Origin: Chrysomallon squamiferum
Taxonomy: Eukaryota; Animalia; Mollusca
DNA: 64,000 nucleotides
Reading direction: 5' to 3'
Assembly (NCBI GenBank): GCA_012295275.1
Contig: CM022665.1
Coordinates: 30,380,001 to 30,444,000 of the forward strand
Positions within the stretch are counted from its first letter, which is position 1; every line of letters begins with the position of its first letter. The translations under genes were made by a program, and so were the position numbers. Below the pieces are notes generated by a model, which saw only the letters and a list, made by a program, of their open reading frames with translations, was not told the DNA's origin and did no database searches. This document shows, one piece after another, positions 24,491 through 64,000 of the stretch.

Positions 24491-25892
24491 TATGTAATTA
24501 ATATTTGACAAGCCATTTTATTTGATGTTGAATTTTGATTATCAGGCAAAACCAAAAATTGATGACAATGAATTTTTTAAAACCTTTAAGTTATGACCGG
24601 TTGAATTTAAATATGAGGGATAATTTTCTTTAGTGTTAAAGCTGTGTATTTTGAATTTACATTATGTGGCAAGTTTAAAAATAACAAGTCAGTTTTTGTA
24701 ATTCTAAATTTAAATTTAAATGATGGTAAGCAGTTTACTGCTGAAATGATTTACTTCAGAAAGAATATTTTAATTTTCTTTCCAGTCACCATATATAATT
24801 ATTTCACTAAAATTATTTAATAAGCATGAGATTGAATCTGACACATAAACGCACAGTAGACTGGTATTTGTGGTTTTTGCTTTAATTATAAATAAATGAT
24901 AATATCACAATAATAATCTTCACTGGTTTATGTTTCCGTGATTTGATGTCAGAATTACCAAAATACTTTTTAGATTGCATAGTGACCACTTCATAAGTAT
25001 AATGGTTTTGAAATCAAGAATAAGTTCTGTAAGTTTATATGCTTGTTTCTAGTTAGGCACAAATCAAGACTGAATTTATGTAATCAACTTGTTTGGCCGT
25101 GAAGATAATGTTACAAACACAACTTGGTCAGTTAATAGAAAAATCCATCAAAGTATATTTTCCTATTAAGAGACTGTTGAAAATACATAACTTACTATTT
25201 CAAATAAATATCAAATGGAATATCTGGAATGGATCTAATATGGCTGAAATAATAACATTTTATTTCACATCATGGCTAAGAAAAGCAAATGATCAGTCTA
25301 AAATATAGTGAAAATTTATTTTAATTGTTTGTACAATTTCAGTGTATGCCCAGTGGTCAAAATAATTTGTGAAATAATTTTCTGTTTAAGTTTGTACAAG
25401 CCTCTGCACTATAAATGGATTCTGAAAAATATCTTATTCTGAAGTACATGCAACACCAAGGAGTCAGATGAGGAGTTGAAGTATATGAAGTCACAATTTT
25501 TAGTGATTTTCTTTAGAATCAATAATAATATATAGTGCAAGCTTGTTTTAGTCTCACCTAACCAATATATAAAAAGACAAACATGAATATACATACATGA
25601 ATATAGATATATATTCATGTTTTTCTTTATAGATATAAAAAGAAAACTTGTTTTGAAAGGTTATTAATAATATATGTTATTTTAATTTTTTCCTTTTGAT
25701 CTCTTTTCATGCTATATTATTTTATTTCCTTGTAGTAATTGTCAACAATTTGGTGACATTATATGACCTGTTTGCTAACTAGTGTACTGTTTGTAGCTAT
25801 GTGTCATGTGTAGTGGAATATATATTCTGTTGGAGATTTTTCGTTTGAAAAAGGTATTACTTGCAAAGTGAATTGAGACACGACAATCAAAC

Positions 25893-26091
25893 TATTGAGT
25901 TGGAACAAAAGTTCATAACATTTTTAGGTCAAATTGAAAGAAAATTTAGATATTTGTACACAGATTTATTCAGTGACATATGTGCTATTTCAGAATATGT
26001 ATGTCATATATTCCAGTCAAATGTAAAACAAAATTGTGTGATCAAACACCAGCTATTGAAAAACACTACAAACTTGTGTTCCAATCCAATA
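25893..26091. mobile_element. Mariner-like MITE, copy 2
   Basis: TIRs TATTGAGTTGGAACAAAAGTT / AACTTGTGTTCCAATCCAATA; internal blocks (atttagatatttg, gatttattca, cagtca.atgt) collinear with copy 1. Confidence 0.72.
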
Positions 26092-29000
26092 TATTGTGGA
26101 ATTTCCATTAATTAATTTTTTCTTAAGAATACTTCATGTCTCAAGTGTTTTTTGGTTTATTTTTATTCTTTTCTATTATATTTGTATATAAATATTAGAA
26201 ACATTTATATATATATATATATATAAATGTTTGTAATTTATACAATGTCTAATTGTAAAATTTTACATTAAAGTGTTCACTTAAAAAATTAAGTAACTGT
26301 CATTGTTTTAAGTCTTTGGTAAAACAAATAACAGGTATATCATATAACCCTTCTATTGTGATGTAATTTTGACATTGTATAGAGAATAATGGTAATTATT
26401 ATTACTTCTAGACCTATTACTTATATTATTATAATTATTATTATTATTATTATTATTACTGTTGCCATGACTAAACCAACATAGTCTGAAGGGAACTGTT
26501 AACTAAACTTTATTTATTCCTAGATTTACAATAAAATTATAGATTTTTAATTCATTTATTTGTGACTTTAGTTTAAAAAAACACTGGTATTTGTTACAAT
26601 ATATGTGAATGTATGGATGGATGTGTATGTTTTAATGCTTTTTCATAATACAGCGATTTTAACCATTTTGTAAGCAGCAGCAGTTGACAAACACTTGCTT
26701 CTTAGTCTCATAGTAATTTAATGACAGTTTTAGTGCACCATTTTCTAACCAACGACATTTGTATTAATTAGCTGTGTTTTAACTGTTCCGGTTTTTTCTG
26801 CTCAATAACATTTTCCTATGTGTGTGTTAATTGTTGTAAGTGGGATTCTGGTGTTATATTGTATAATACTTTTCAACAAAACATTTTGGTAACGATTTCG
26901 AGTAACTGTAGCAGCTTTCATGTACTAGAATGCATTTAGATTGTTCAAATTTTGTAGCAGTAGTAACACCAGCTGATTAGTTCTTTACTGAAATCATCAT
27001 TAACTAATGGTCACACTAGTAATTTTGTGCATTGGATTCAAAATAGCCTTTATTTGACATCATACATTCAGGTTTTCATTTTGACAGAATTGTCAAAAAG
27101 ATATAATAAATAATGAGCACAGTATAATCTTTAAATAAGATAATATGTATTCTCGTTTATTATCTTTCATATTAATAATTATTTAGTTGGATACTACAAT
27201 GTAGAGTTTTTGTATTATTAATTTTTTAATTCTTTTTTTATTCTCTTGGCTAGTATTGTTCTGCAAAGACACTGTAGAGTAAATCAGTGGACACCATTCA
27301 TAGATATTGGAAATAAACATTTTACTGGAACATAAATGTAAATGTATTATTTGTAAGCTAGCTGCAGCACATTTATGTTCTTGATACGGTCACTATGATT
27401 AAATAAAACACAATCAGTTTGTATCATACCAGTTTAGCCATTTCTTCTTTGTTCTTTTTAATGTCATCATTCTTGGAATGATCAGGGTATTTTATTATTT
27501 CCAATATAAATTCATTTTTTTAAATAAAGGAATTTACAGCACTTATATTTTACATATTAGTCTTCTTTTCTTTTCTTTTTTTTTGAAAAGCACCACATAA
27601 CATGGTAGAAAAGCACACTAGACGTAGAGAGATGAATTAAAAAGTTACATTACTTTGTCTCGTTTCCAGATGTTTTGTTCTAATATGAGTATATGGCATG
27701 TAAGCCTTGTTAGTTATTATTCATTTAATGCACGGATGTTAAAACATGTTTTTTGGGACTGGAAGATTTCTTGGTGAAGTTGCTACGAATACTGTTTCTT
27801 GTATTCAGTGTAATGTGGAAGAAATGTCCCCAGTCTGCCATTTGCCAATTTTATGCACTTCGTTCACGCCACATGGTCAAGATGGCATTCTATCGCTACA
27901 GCTTCAATATCACATTTGACTATTTACTTATAAATAAAAGGCGATTTTATTGAAAATAAAAACTATTTGATACACCATGGATGTTTTCTTGTTTCTTTAC
28001 TATTAGAATAATAACAAAATTTTAAAAAGAAGAAAAGAAGTTTAAAAATGATTGTTTTGACAGTTATGAGGCAAGGAATTATAAAATCATTGACAGTATT
28101 ACACTGCAGATGTGAATTTGTGGGGTTTGTATTTTCAATGTGCCCTTTCCTTGTTTTGTCAACTTGTGGATTTTTTACATTTTTGTTTCTCTTCATTTTA
28201 ATTACAGTAAAACACACTGAACTTTAACATTACATCCACTACAATGATGATGTCCAACATTTTTATTTGTATCTGCTGCCAAGGATATGTAGGATAAGGT
28301 ATTTCAAGAAGCTGTTTCAAAAGATCATTTCTCAAAACTGATTATTAAAGTCAGAATAAATAATTATAATATCAATTACTTGCTAACATTCATAAATAAC
28401 TTTATAACTTTTTCCAATTCATGAAAAGTTAACTTTCTTAATTTCATTGATTATAGATGAAGTTGTTCTTCAGACTAAAGAGCTACTGCTGCTAAACATA
28501 ATTGGTTTTTTTTTTCAAACTTTTATTGAATCTTTAAATTAAAATATTTTCTCTTTTTTCCATTAATGCCCAAAGCAAAATTAGAAAAAAAAAAAAAATA
28601 AATAAATAAATAAATAAAAAATAAAATATTAAAATAATAACAATAATAAGATGATAAATAAATATTACAATATTTGATACAGGAAAACATATGACATAAT
28701 TATAGTTTCATCAGAAAAAAAAGCCAGTTACTATTTTATAGGTGAATGCATAATTCATCTTTTCCTTCTGTCATCTCTCTTAATGGTGAGAACTAGACAA
28801 AACACAGACATCAGAATTAACAGTTTTTATGTAAACTTTTAATCATGTTTCAACAAATTTCAAAAACTGATAAATATTTCCATGATGACATTCAGATAAT
28901 TGTTCCGATTATACATGGATCTTAGTAAAAGTAGCACAACAAAAAACATGAAATCTACTGAGACAAAAAGATATCTGTACCAGTTTGTAGGAAAAAGAAC

Positions 29001-29348
29001 ACAAACTTCTATATAATGAAAAACATTTAAGTTCTGTAATAATCAAAAATTATATATTACCTCTTTTTAAAAGGAACCCATTTAGTACATAGAAAAGTTT
29101 TAAAACAAAACATTATTTAAATTTTAAAAAAATGAAATTGAACTTTATAGTCTTTGGCTCAGTATTTCCATTTGATATGACTTGTTAAAATCTTAATAGT
29201 TTAATTACTATAATTTTTAAACAAATCTGTATATATGTTATTATTATTATCTTTTTAGACCCAAAACCTATTTTAATATATGAAAATAACATTTTAAGAG
29301 GTGGGTACAAAATGAAATAGGACACTGGTATTAAACGTATGTTAATGC

Positions 29349-29379
<31 letters not shown>

Positions 29380-32074
29380 ATATACATACATAATTAAGCA
29401 AATGTTGCAGAACAGTTTTGATTCTGAATAAATATATTTAAAAAAAAAAAAAAAAAAAAAAAAAGATTCATCATGAATCAAGTCAATTTAAATCTAACGA
29501 TTTGTACAAACACTACAAACATTGTTACAACCAGAAAGATACCAAACTATCTTTATTAATTTATTAGAGTTACATGCAACGACCATAAAAATATCATTGT
29601 GCCCATCATTCAAATGTGAAAATTACATGAAGAAATAATAAGGTAAAACTTACATAAACATGACCCAAATTCATAAAAGCCTTTCTAGCTTTCTTGTTTA
29701 TTAGGATGTAGTTTAGTTAGTCCTGTATTAATAAATGAATGTCCAGTAAACTATTTAGCAACTTGTTTGTGAATAAAAGGTACCTGTCAACTTTAATTGC
29801 AACTTAATGTTTGTTGATTGCCTTAGGATTGTTAAGAAATTATATATTATTTATAAGTTTCTAAAATGAATTTATTCATTTATTTCCAGTTTAATATTTG
29901 ATGATTCTCAGCATGATTGTATTATGTCTGTCTCTTGTATCATTTCATTCATTTCTAATATGGTTGAGAAATATTTTGTATTTATTTGACAACTGATTAC
30001 TGTCCTATTTCTCTCTATTCTCTCTTCTTTTTTTTATAAAAAAAAAGAAAAGAAAAAAGAAACAGAAAAGAAAAACAAAAAATAAATTAGAGTTGTTAGC
30101 AGACAAGTGGTGTTAGTAAGTTTTTATGAATTTGGGATAGGATTTCTTCTGTTAGAAAAAACTAACAATTTCAAAGTATATTATTACTTGAACAAAATAA
30201 ATAAAATCCAAATCATATTAGCTTTTACATTCTAGTATTTAAAGTGAAACAAAGCTGTACAAAAAAAAATAATAGTAACATGCCAGAATCGTAAAGTTTG
30301 AGAACAGAAGAGGTTAAATCACTGAAAAAAGTAAGTAGATTGAAAAAGTACTCAAGAAAAAAAAAATCCATATTTACATATATTTTGAAGAATATTAAAA
30401 ATAATTATTTCTAAGTAGCACCTGAATAACATTTGATAATTCTGATTGCTTTTGTTTTTGTTTTTCTCATTTAAAAAAAAAGAAGAAAAAAGTCTGAAAT
30501 AACGAAAATAATAGCTTAGTTATTTTCAAAGAATATTATAAATATGAATATAGAAAATTTGTAGTAATATATGATGCTGAGAAAATGCTCGAGACAAAAC
30601 TTTAAACTTTTATGTTAAAAAATCTCCAAAACAATCATTTTAAAATTCATTTTTCATTTCCCTAGATTAGCATTAAGTTTCATTTACTGAGCAAAATTAC
30701 AGATATTCTTGATTCTCAATAAATATGTTTACCAATAAAATTTCAATTTATAAAACTAATATATATATATATGTGTGTGTGTGTGTGTATATATACACAC
30801 ATACATATATATATTCATTCTAAAGGACATCAACAAAAAAGCCACAACACTTACATACAGAAACAACTGACACAACATGAAGTTATAAATTAATTACAAC
30901 AACATTATTGATCTAAAACATAATGGATAAATGTTATAGATTGTAACTGCTGTTGTTTTGAAATGTTCAGCTTTCCAGATTGGATTTCGAATATAACAGG
31001 CTGTTAGGTTTGTGCCTTTAAATATAACATTTACAATAATATTATTATTAATAATAAATTTGTTCAAAATCAGTTAACACTGTAACAGTTTATATTTACT
31101 GTTCTCAGAACATAAAAATATAAAATAATTATTATTAAGGAAAAAGACAAGAAGTACATAAATAAGTGCACACATATGCCATTAAGATAAAATGTAAATA
31201 AATTAAATAATAAAAAGGACAAACAAAATGACATAAAAACTGAGAAGCAGTTACACAATGTTTGCTAGAGAGTATAATATATTATGTAAAGAATTTAAAT
31301 ATTTATCTAAAGAAAATAAAAGATTACAACCGTTGTAAAGTATTCACAGTTATAAAGCATAATTCTGATATGGTATTGTTAATGTTGTTAAATAACAAGA
31401 AAAGAACAAAAATAGTTTATGCTCATTTATAAGTAAAATCTGAAAAAATGCTTTCTACAATAAGCTGCATTCACTTTAAAATACACTACAATGAAAATGT
31501 TTAAAATAATTTATATTTTTACTGCTATTTACTGAGAGTCTGGAATCTTCATATAACTAAAGATTTCAAAATATATATTGTTTTTATACAACACATGTAT
31601 ACATACAATAATTAATTATTTATTAGCTTAGATGACTCTAGTACTATTCTGTTTACTGCATTAATAAACTAATGGGTGTCAAACATCTTTGGAATCATAT
31701 GAACAATGTATTTATTCAGTTGGTAAAAACTAAAATATTTATATTACACACAAAATTTCAATCAAAGTTTATACAGTTAAAAGAAAACAGAAAAAGAATA
31801 AGGTTTCATGTAAAAAAAACAATTATTGGTTTTTCAAAGCAGTCTACCTTAAAGAAATATTAATTTCTTTCAAAGTATCTAGATAAATGCAAATAATTTT
31901 ATGTAAAACCCATTTCTTTTTATTTCAAAAAAAAAAAAAATAATAATAATAATAATAATAATAATATTCTAAATAAGAAACACATAAATCAGTATATAAA
32001 AGAAGACTGTAAGCCATTGGGGTTCAAAATATTTACAGTAATGTTTTTGGTATAATTTCAAATATTATGCAAAG

Positions 32075-32310
32075 GATAAAACCTTAGTAAAATTTTATAT
32101 AATTTGGCATAAATGTTTAGTAAAATGTAATATAATTTTTACAAAAACCTTAGCAAAATGTAATATAATTTTTACAAAAACCTTAACAAAATTTAATATA
32201 ATCTAGCATAAACCCTTAGTACAATTGAATGTCAATTAACATAAGGGTTTAGCAAAATTTAAAATAACACCACAACACCCTAGTAAAATTTTATATAATT
32301 TGTCAAAAAA
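32075..32310. repeat. Degenerate ~34 bp minisatellite
   Basis: aaaaccttag(c/t)aaaat.taatataatt units. Confidence 0.75.
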
Positions 32311-35300
32311 CTTCAGTGACTTTTACTGTCAGATGATAGTTGCTATAATTGTTTGGATTCTACATAATATAAAATGTTTTGCATCTTTCTCAAGAAGTTA
32401 CTGTTTTACAAATGCAGCAATGGTTAATGAAAATACATGTTCAAACAGTCAGTGAAGTTTACTGTCTTTACCTTGACAAACTGGTATAACCTGAATGTGT
32501 GGAAACAAATATTATCTGTACATTAAAACTGTTGATGTTTGTAGTGAATTAAGTTATCTTCTAAATAGCTTATATTAGCTATATATTATTTTACCTTAAA
32601 TGTGATTAAAAATAATAATAATAATAAATATTGTTATCAAACAACATTTAATAACTACATGTAACATTGCACTGTAAAATAACATTAAAAAACTGACCAC
32701 AGATGAGAAAAAAATGTAGGTGGACAACTAAACAACAGTTAATGAATTTCCTGTAAATGTAAATGTGCAAGTAAGTTTATATTTTTTTTTCTCTCCGCAA
32801 TCTTTATACCTCTGGAAAAGTTAACACAGAAATGTAAAAATAACTAGCTTTTATCATTATTAATAATGAATGTTCAAAATATAATTTTCTATAATGTTTA
32901 TGAAAATTAGCACCTCTAGAAGTAAACTGCTGCTGAATGTGATGTGTAATGTAACATTTTGATTAATTACATAACTGTACTTTCAAGTATTAGACTCAGA
33001 CTACAAACTATTGAAACTGTTATTTCAATAATGTATTTTTATTTTTTATAATCATTTAAATATAAATGGGTAGTGAAGATATTCATCACCATCAGAATTC
33101 TGAACAGTACCAACAGATGACATTAGACTGAAATATCTGTACAGTTCATACAAACTAAAGTATGTGTGTACAAACACTGATAAAAATAATATATGCATAC
33201 ATTTTAACTCCTATATTAGTTACAATCAGCAATAATTATTAAATAACCAATTTAAAATAATATTAATGTTTTTAAAATTCTTTTACTTTGTATTAATGTA
33301 AGATATAGTTTATTTATTAGGCACACAGACATGCACACAAAAATATATATGATAAAAAAGAATCCACAACACTGAAATGTAAAGCTATTAATATATTAAT
33401 CTCAAACAAACACAACAAACATACCTTTACAGCCAAATCTTTAGTAAACAAAAATAAAACAAACAAAAACAAAAGTAAAAACCAAAAATTATGCATAGAC
33501 AAATGTTAAAGTGATTAACAAAAGAATAAACCAACGTACAAAGAAACCTGAGAAAACATAATACAGGTAACTATGAGGTTTTAAACAGTATCTTATGATC
33601 ATACACAGCAAATAAATATTTCTTCATCTTCTGGGCATATTCAAAAAATATTTAGAAGGGAATTAACTGGAGTTGTTGATTAAAATATCTGGTCTCAAAG
33701 AATAATAAAACTAATAGTATTTAAACTGATTAACATTTTATGTTTTCTGATTCATTACAAATGTTATATTAATGTTAGTGTGGAGTGTTATGGTTGCAAT
33801 CTTTTATTGAATAAAATATTTTATTTTTATTTTTATTTATTTATTTATTTTTAATTTTTAATTGTTAATTTGTTTGAGTATTTAAAATGCCTGCTCAAAG
33901 TGATATATTTGTATCAAAAATAAAAATTTCAAATTTACGTATTCAGTAACAAAACAAAACAAAAAACAAAAAAATAAAATATTAATACTACCACTGAAGA
34001 GAGATAAATTCAGTTACCAAAAATCCAACAGATCTGTTATACTTGTTTAAAAATATTTTGTAATTATTACACGGTAAAGAAAAATCAAACATTATGCAAA
34101 GGATAATTATGAGAATGAATTTTTAAAAGAGAAATGCAAATAGGGTCAGTATTATACGATAATTGATTTCTTTGTATTTAAATATAAAATAAACCTGTGC
34201 AGCTGGTTTACTATGAACGATATGATAATGAATTATTTGAGTGCATTCTGCAAAACAGTTTGACAAATATATCCAGCATATCCTTGACTGATTTCTCCAA
34301 AGTAAAGGTAAACAGAAGTCAGAAATAAAGGAAAACAAAATATAACTGAGATCTAAAAAAAAAAAACCAAGAAAACAACAACAAAAAAAAAAGTTGTCAA
34401 AATAATCACTTGAAAAGTTATAATTCACTGAATTTACAGAAGTCTACCATTTCTGATTTGTTACAGTTGGTTTTGAATGTGATTTTGGGTATCACATGTC
34501 AAGAACATTCAGACTGGTTACAATAATTCCCCAATTCCTTAAGATTCCAGACTTTGTATCCCAACTTCTGTATATTAAATATATTTACAATTATTATCTA
34601 TTTGAAGAAAAAACACATCAATACTTAAATGCTAAAATTTAAAGATGAAAGGTGCAAGAATACACTGAGATAAGCAGAGTTGGAAAAAAAACCCCAACAT
34701 TATCTGCACTTGTTAAAGACAAATTAAAAAATTACAGAAAGACAACAAATGACAGATTGATCGATGGCAGGGAAAACAAAAACAATCATGAGAGAAAGTC
34801 ACCTGAAGAAGCTGACTTGTGACAAATTACCAAACTGTCAAATACATCTGAAAGACTGGGAGAATACTCAAATAATTCTGATGATTTATTTATTAGTTTG
34901 ATTGAATCGTATGTAGCTTGTGATGTTGAGAAGAGACCTTTACTCCCCATTTTACATATTAAATTTATTCAAAGACCACAATATATTTTCCCAAATATCA
35001 AAATTAATTTCTTCACTACTGTTGATTAAATTTAATATAAGAGATTATTATGAACTGAAAGATGGAAATATAGCAGATATTACAATAGTATAAACCTTAT
35101 GAACAAAACATCACTTGTTAGTAAAGATGATGACAATAATAATAATATAATAAAGCAAAACATAACAGAAATAATAAATTTAAAAAGCACTGTATAGGTT
35201 AATATATGATATGGCCACAAAAATGTATAGAGAGATCCATTAAAACAGATCAGACAAATTACAATAAAATATTATTACTCACATTAGCTGTATTGAAAAA

Positions 35301-35458
35301 AATTCTTAGGAGAGTGTTTTCTAGCAAAATCTTTATATTTTATCAGAAAATTAAAATGTAATTGTGTCTGACCCTAAAGGGGAAAATAACATTAAGACAA
35401 GTGAAATTATTAACAACTGATTAATAATCATAATCATAATCATAATCAATCAACCAAT

Positions 35459-35566
<108 letters not shown>

Positions 35567-37532
35567 GATGCAGCGATATTACATCTGTAATAGAAGTATT
35601 GTGAAGGACATATTTAATAGTAATAAATACATTTGTGACCTATTTAAACAAATTTACATTCTGCTCAGAAAGAAATTCAGATTCACAATAAATAAATAAA
35701 TAAATATTAAATTATATTATTACTGTAAAAAATTCTTTAAGTTCTAATATTTGTGAATTAAATTCATATTCAACATGTGAACAGGGTAATACGAATAACT
35801 TACTTTAATGTTACTTCTTTATATATATATAAGAATCTAATGTACACTTTCTAATGTTATTCTATTTTAATTTACATTTCATTAGAAGTCCAATATAAAT
35901 ATTTGTTATTAAAAATGTCCTAATATTTATCTCTTATGTCTAACAACCAAATTATTTTGGTGCTGTCATTAGTTTCATATAAAACTATTTGAAATAATGC
36001 CCAGAAAAGGGAATTTTTAAGGCATTTAATTTTTGTAAATAAATAGGTAAGTATTTCGTATACTCTGTACTTATTAATAAAACATTTTTTGTTTGAACAT
36101 TGCATCTCTGATATTATAACTTTCCAAAAATTAATATTGAACTGCTAATAATGAAAGGGTTTGTGTCATAAATTAAAAATATGCAGTTAATAAATAATAC
36201 AAGTGCATTTCATAAATATATTAAATACTTCTTAATATATCAGTGTAATTCAAGTAAATTATTTTTAAATACTTAAAAAGCAAACAAACAGGAAAAAAGT
36301 CACAACTAATGCCATCACAAAATTTAGGTTAAATAATAAAAACACAACAAAGTCCCGTAACTACACAACAATTTTCCAACACAACAGGTTGATTCACAGT
36401 AACACATTCGTTGATATATTTAACATTACATCTTTATAAATGTTGGGAGTCTTTAATTTCACTTATTTAATGTTCTGTAACAATAATATTAAATAGACTC
36501 TGTATATTTATATATTTTATGTTACATATTAAATATTATCTGCCAGATATGAACTAGCAGAAAAACATTTAACGAAAAATTATTATTTACTTATAGCTTT
36601 ATTGTCAACTGATAAACAGAAATACCATTAAAATATTAAAAAACAGTTCTGATAGTTAATAAGACAAATCGTAATAAATCAGAAAATAAAATATAATTCT
36701 TGTTCAGTATCTGGTTTATGGTGTTTTCATGGAAGGTTTTTTTTAATATTGTTTTTTTCAAATCAATATCTTTTATGATGTATGCATTAAAACAGCATAA
36801 CACAATAGGAATGAAAACAATGCAAATACCACAAAAGGGACATATTTCACCATTATTGCATTTAGTTGTCATAAACAAATCTCCATAGCAGAGAGGTTGA
36901 CAACAATATTTAAGGTTTTTTTAAAAAGAAAATTACTGAGTCATTGTTTGACATGAAACAATGGTTCTGATATTAAAGTTTACAATTTAATTTAAAATTT
37001 AATTTAAAATACACATTACAATGACATGAATACATTTAAAGAATAAATTAACTAGGTCTAATTAACATTTGAATGAGCTAAAAAACTAAAATTTCATTAA
37101 ACAATGAATGACCCATAAATTGGTTAAGACTATCTTTCTAACAGATAGTTCAAAATATGAATAGCAACTTTATGCATAAAGTTTTAAACATTAATTGCAA
37201 CGATATGAAATTAATTTGCTAGCACAATTGTAATGTAAAATGAGAAGATTTTCTAACACAATATAAGCACTAATAATAAAAATAATCACACCAGATTATC
37301 TACAGCTAATCTCAAAACTGTTACATATGGACAGTATAATATGACCTAATGTTATAAACAGACATTAATAAATGAAGACATGTTCATTCAGAGAGCCCTG
37401 TGCTGTAACAGAATGAACTGGAGCAATGTCTCTTCAACAATATATACAATGTAAGTTCTGTTTTGATGAGTCATGTATTGAATACATCAGGAAACTACAA
37501 ATGTACACCAGCAGTGCTCTCCAAATAAACTC

Positions 37533-63968
<26,436 letters not shown>

Positions 63969-64000
63969 CTAGAAAACAGTGAGCAAACTGGTGTCACAAA

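Noticed and set aside
26196-26235. Palindrome aaacattt(at)n aaatgttt, and a similar one at about 30760-30813
   Set aside because: Explained by (TA)n self-complementarity with short flanks.

Overview
AT-rich animal genomic DNA, invertebrate and probably lophotrochozoan/molluscan (inferred from protein motifs only). It holds two convergent intron-rich genes whose 5' ends lie outside the window. On + is a Nav1/para-type voltage-gated sodium channel alpha subunit: 25 exons, 220-22088, about 1,838 aa in-window, DEKA filter. On - is a phospholipase C-beta4/norpA-type gene: 28-exon path, 63968-37533, about 1,100 aa in-window, ending ETVV. All exon boundaries were read by hand and the reading frames are consistent. 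The main finding is a pair of duplicated 85-nt PLC Y-domain exons, each with a U2-type acceptor and a U12-type GTATCCTTT donor, sharing one U12-type acceptor. This suggests mutually exclusive splicing enforced by spliceosome incompatibility. The channel has an AT-AC minor intron and three unusual residues: an MLM inactivation latch, DIII pore KGWIG, and DII SWPIL. Also present are candidate cassette/micro-exons, two copies of a mariner-like MITE, a possible hAT-like relic, degenerate minisatellites and microsatellites. No CRISPR, rRNA or tRNA was recognised.
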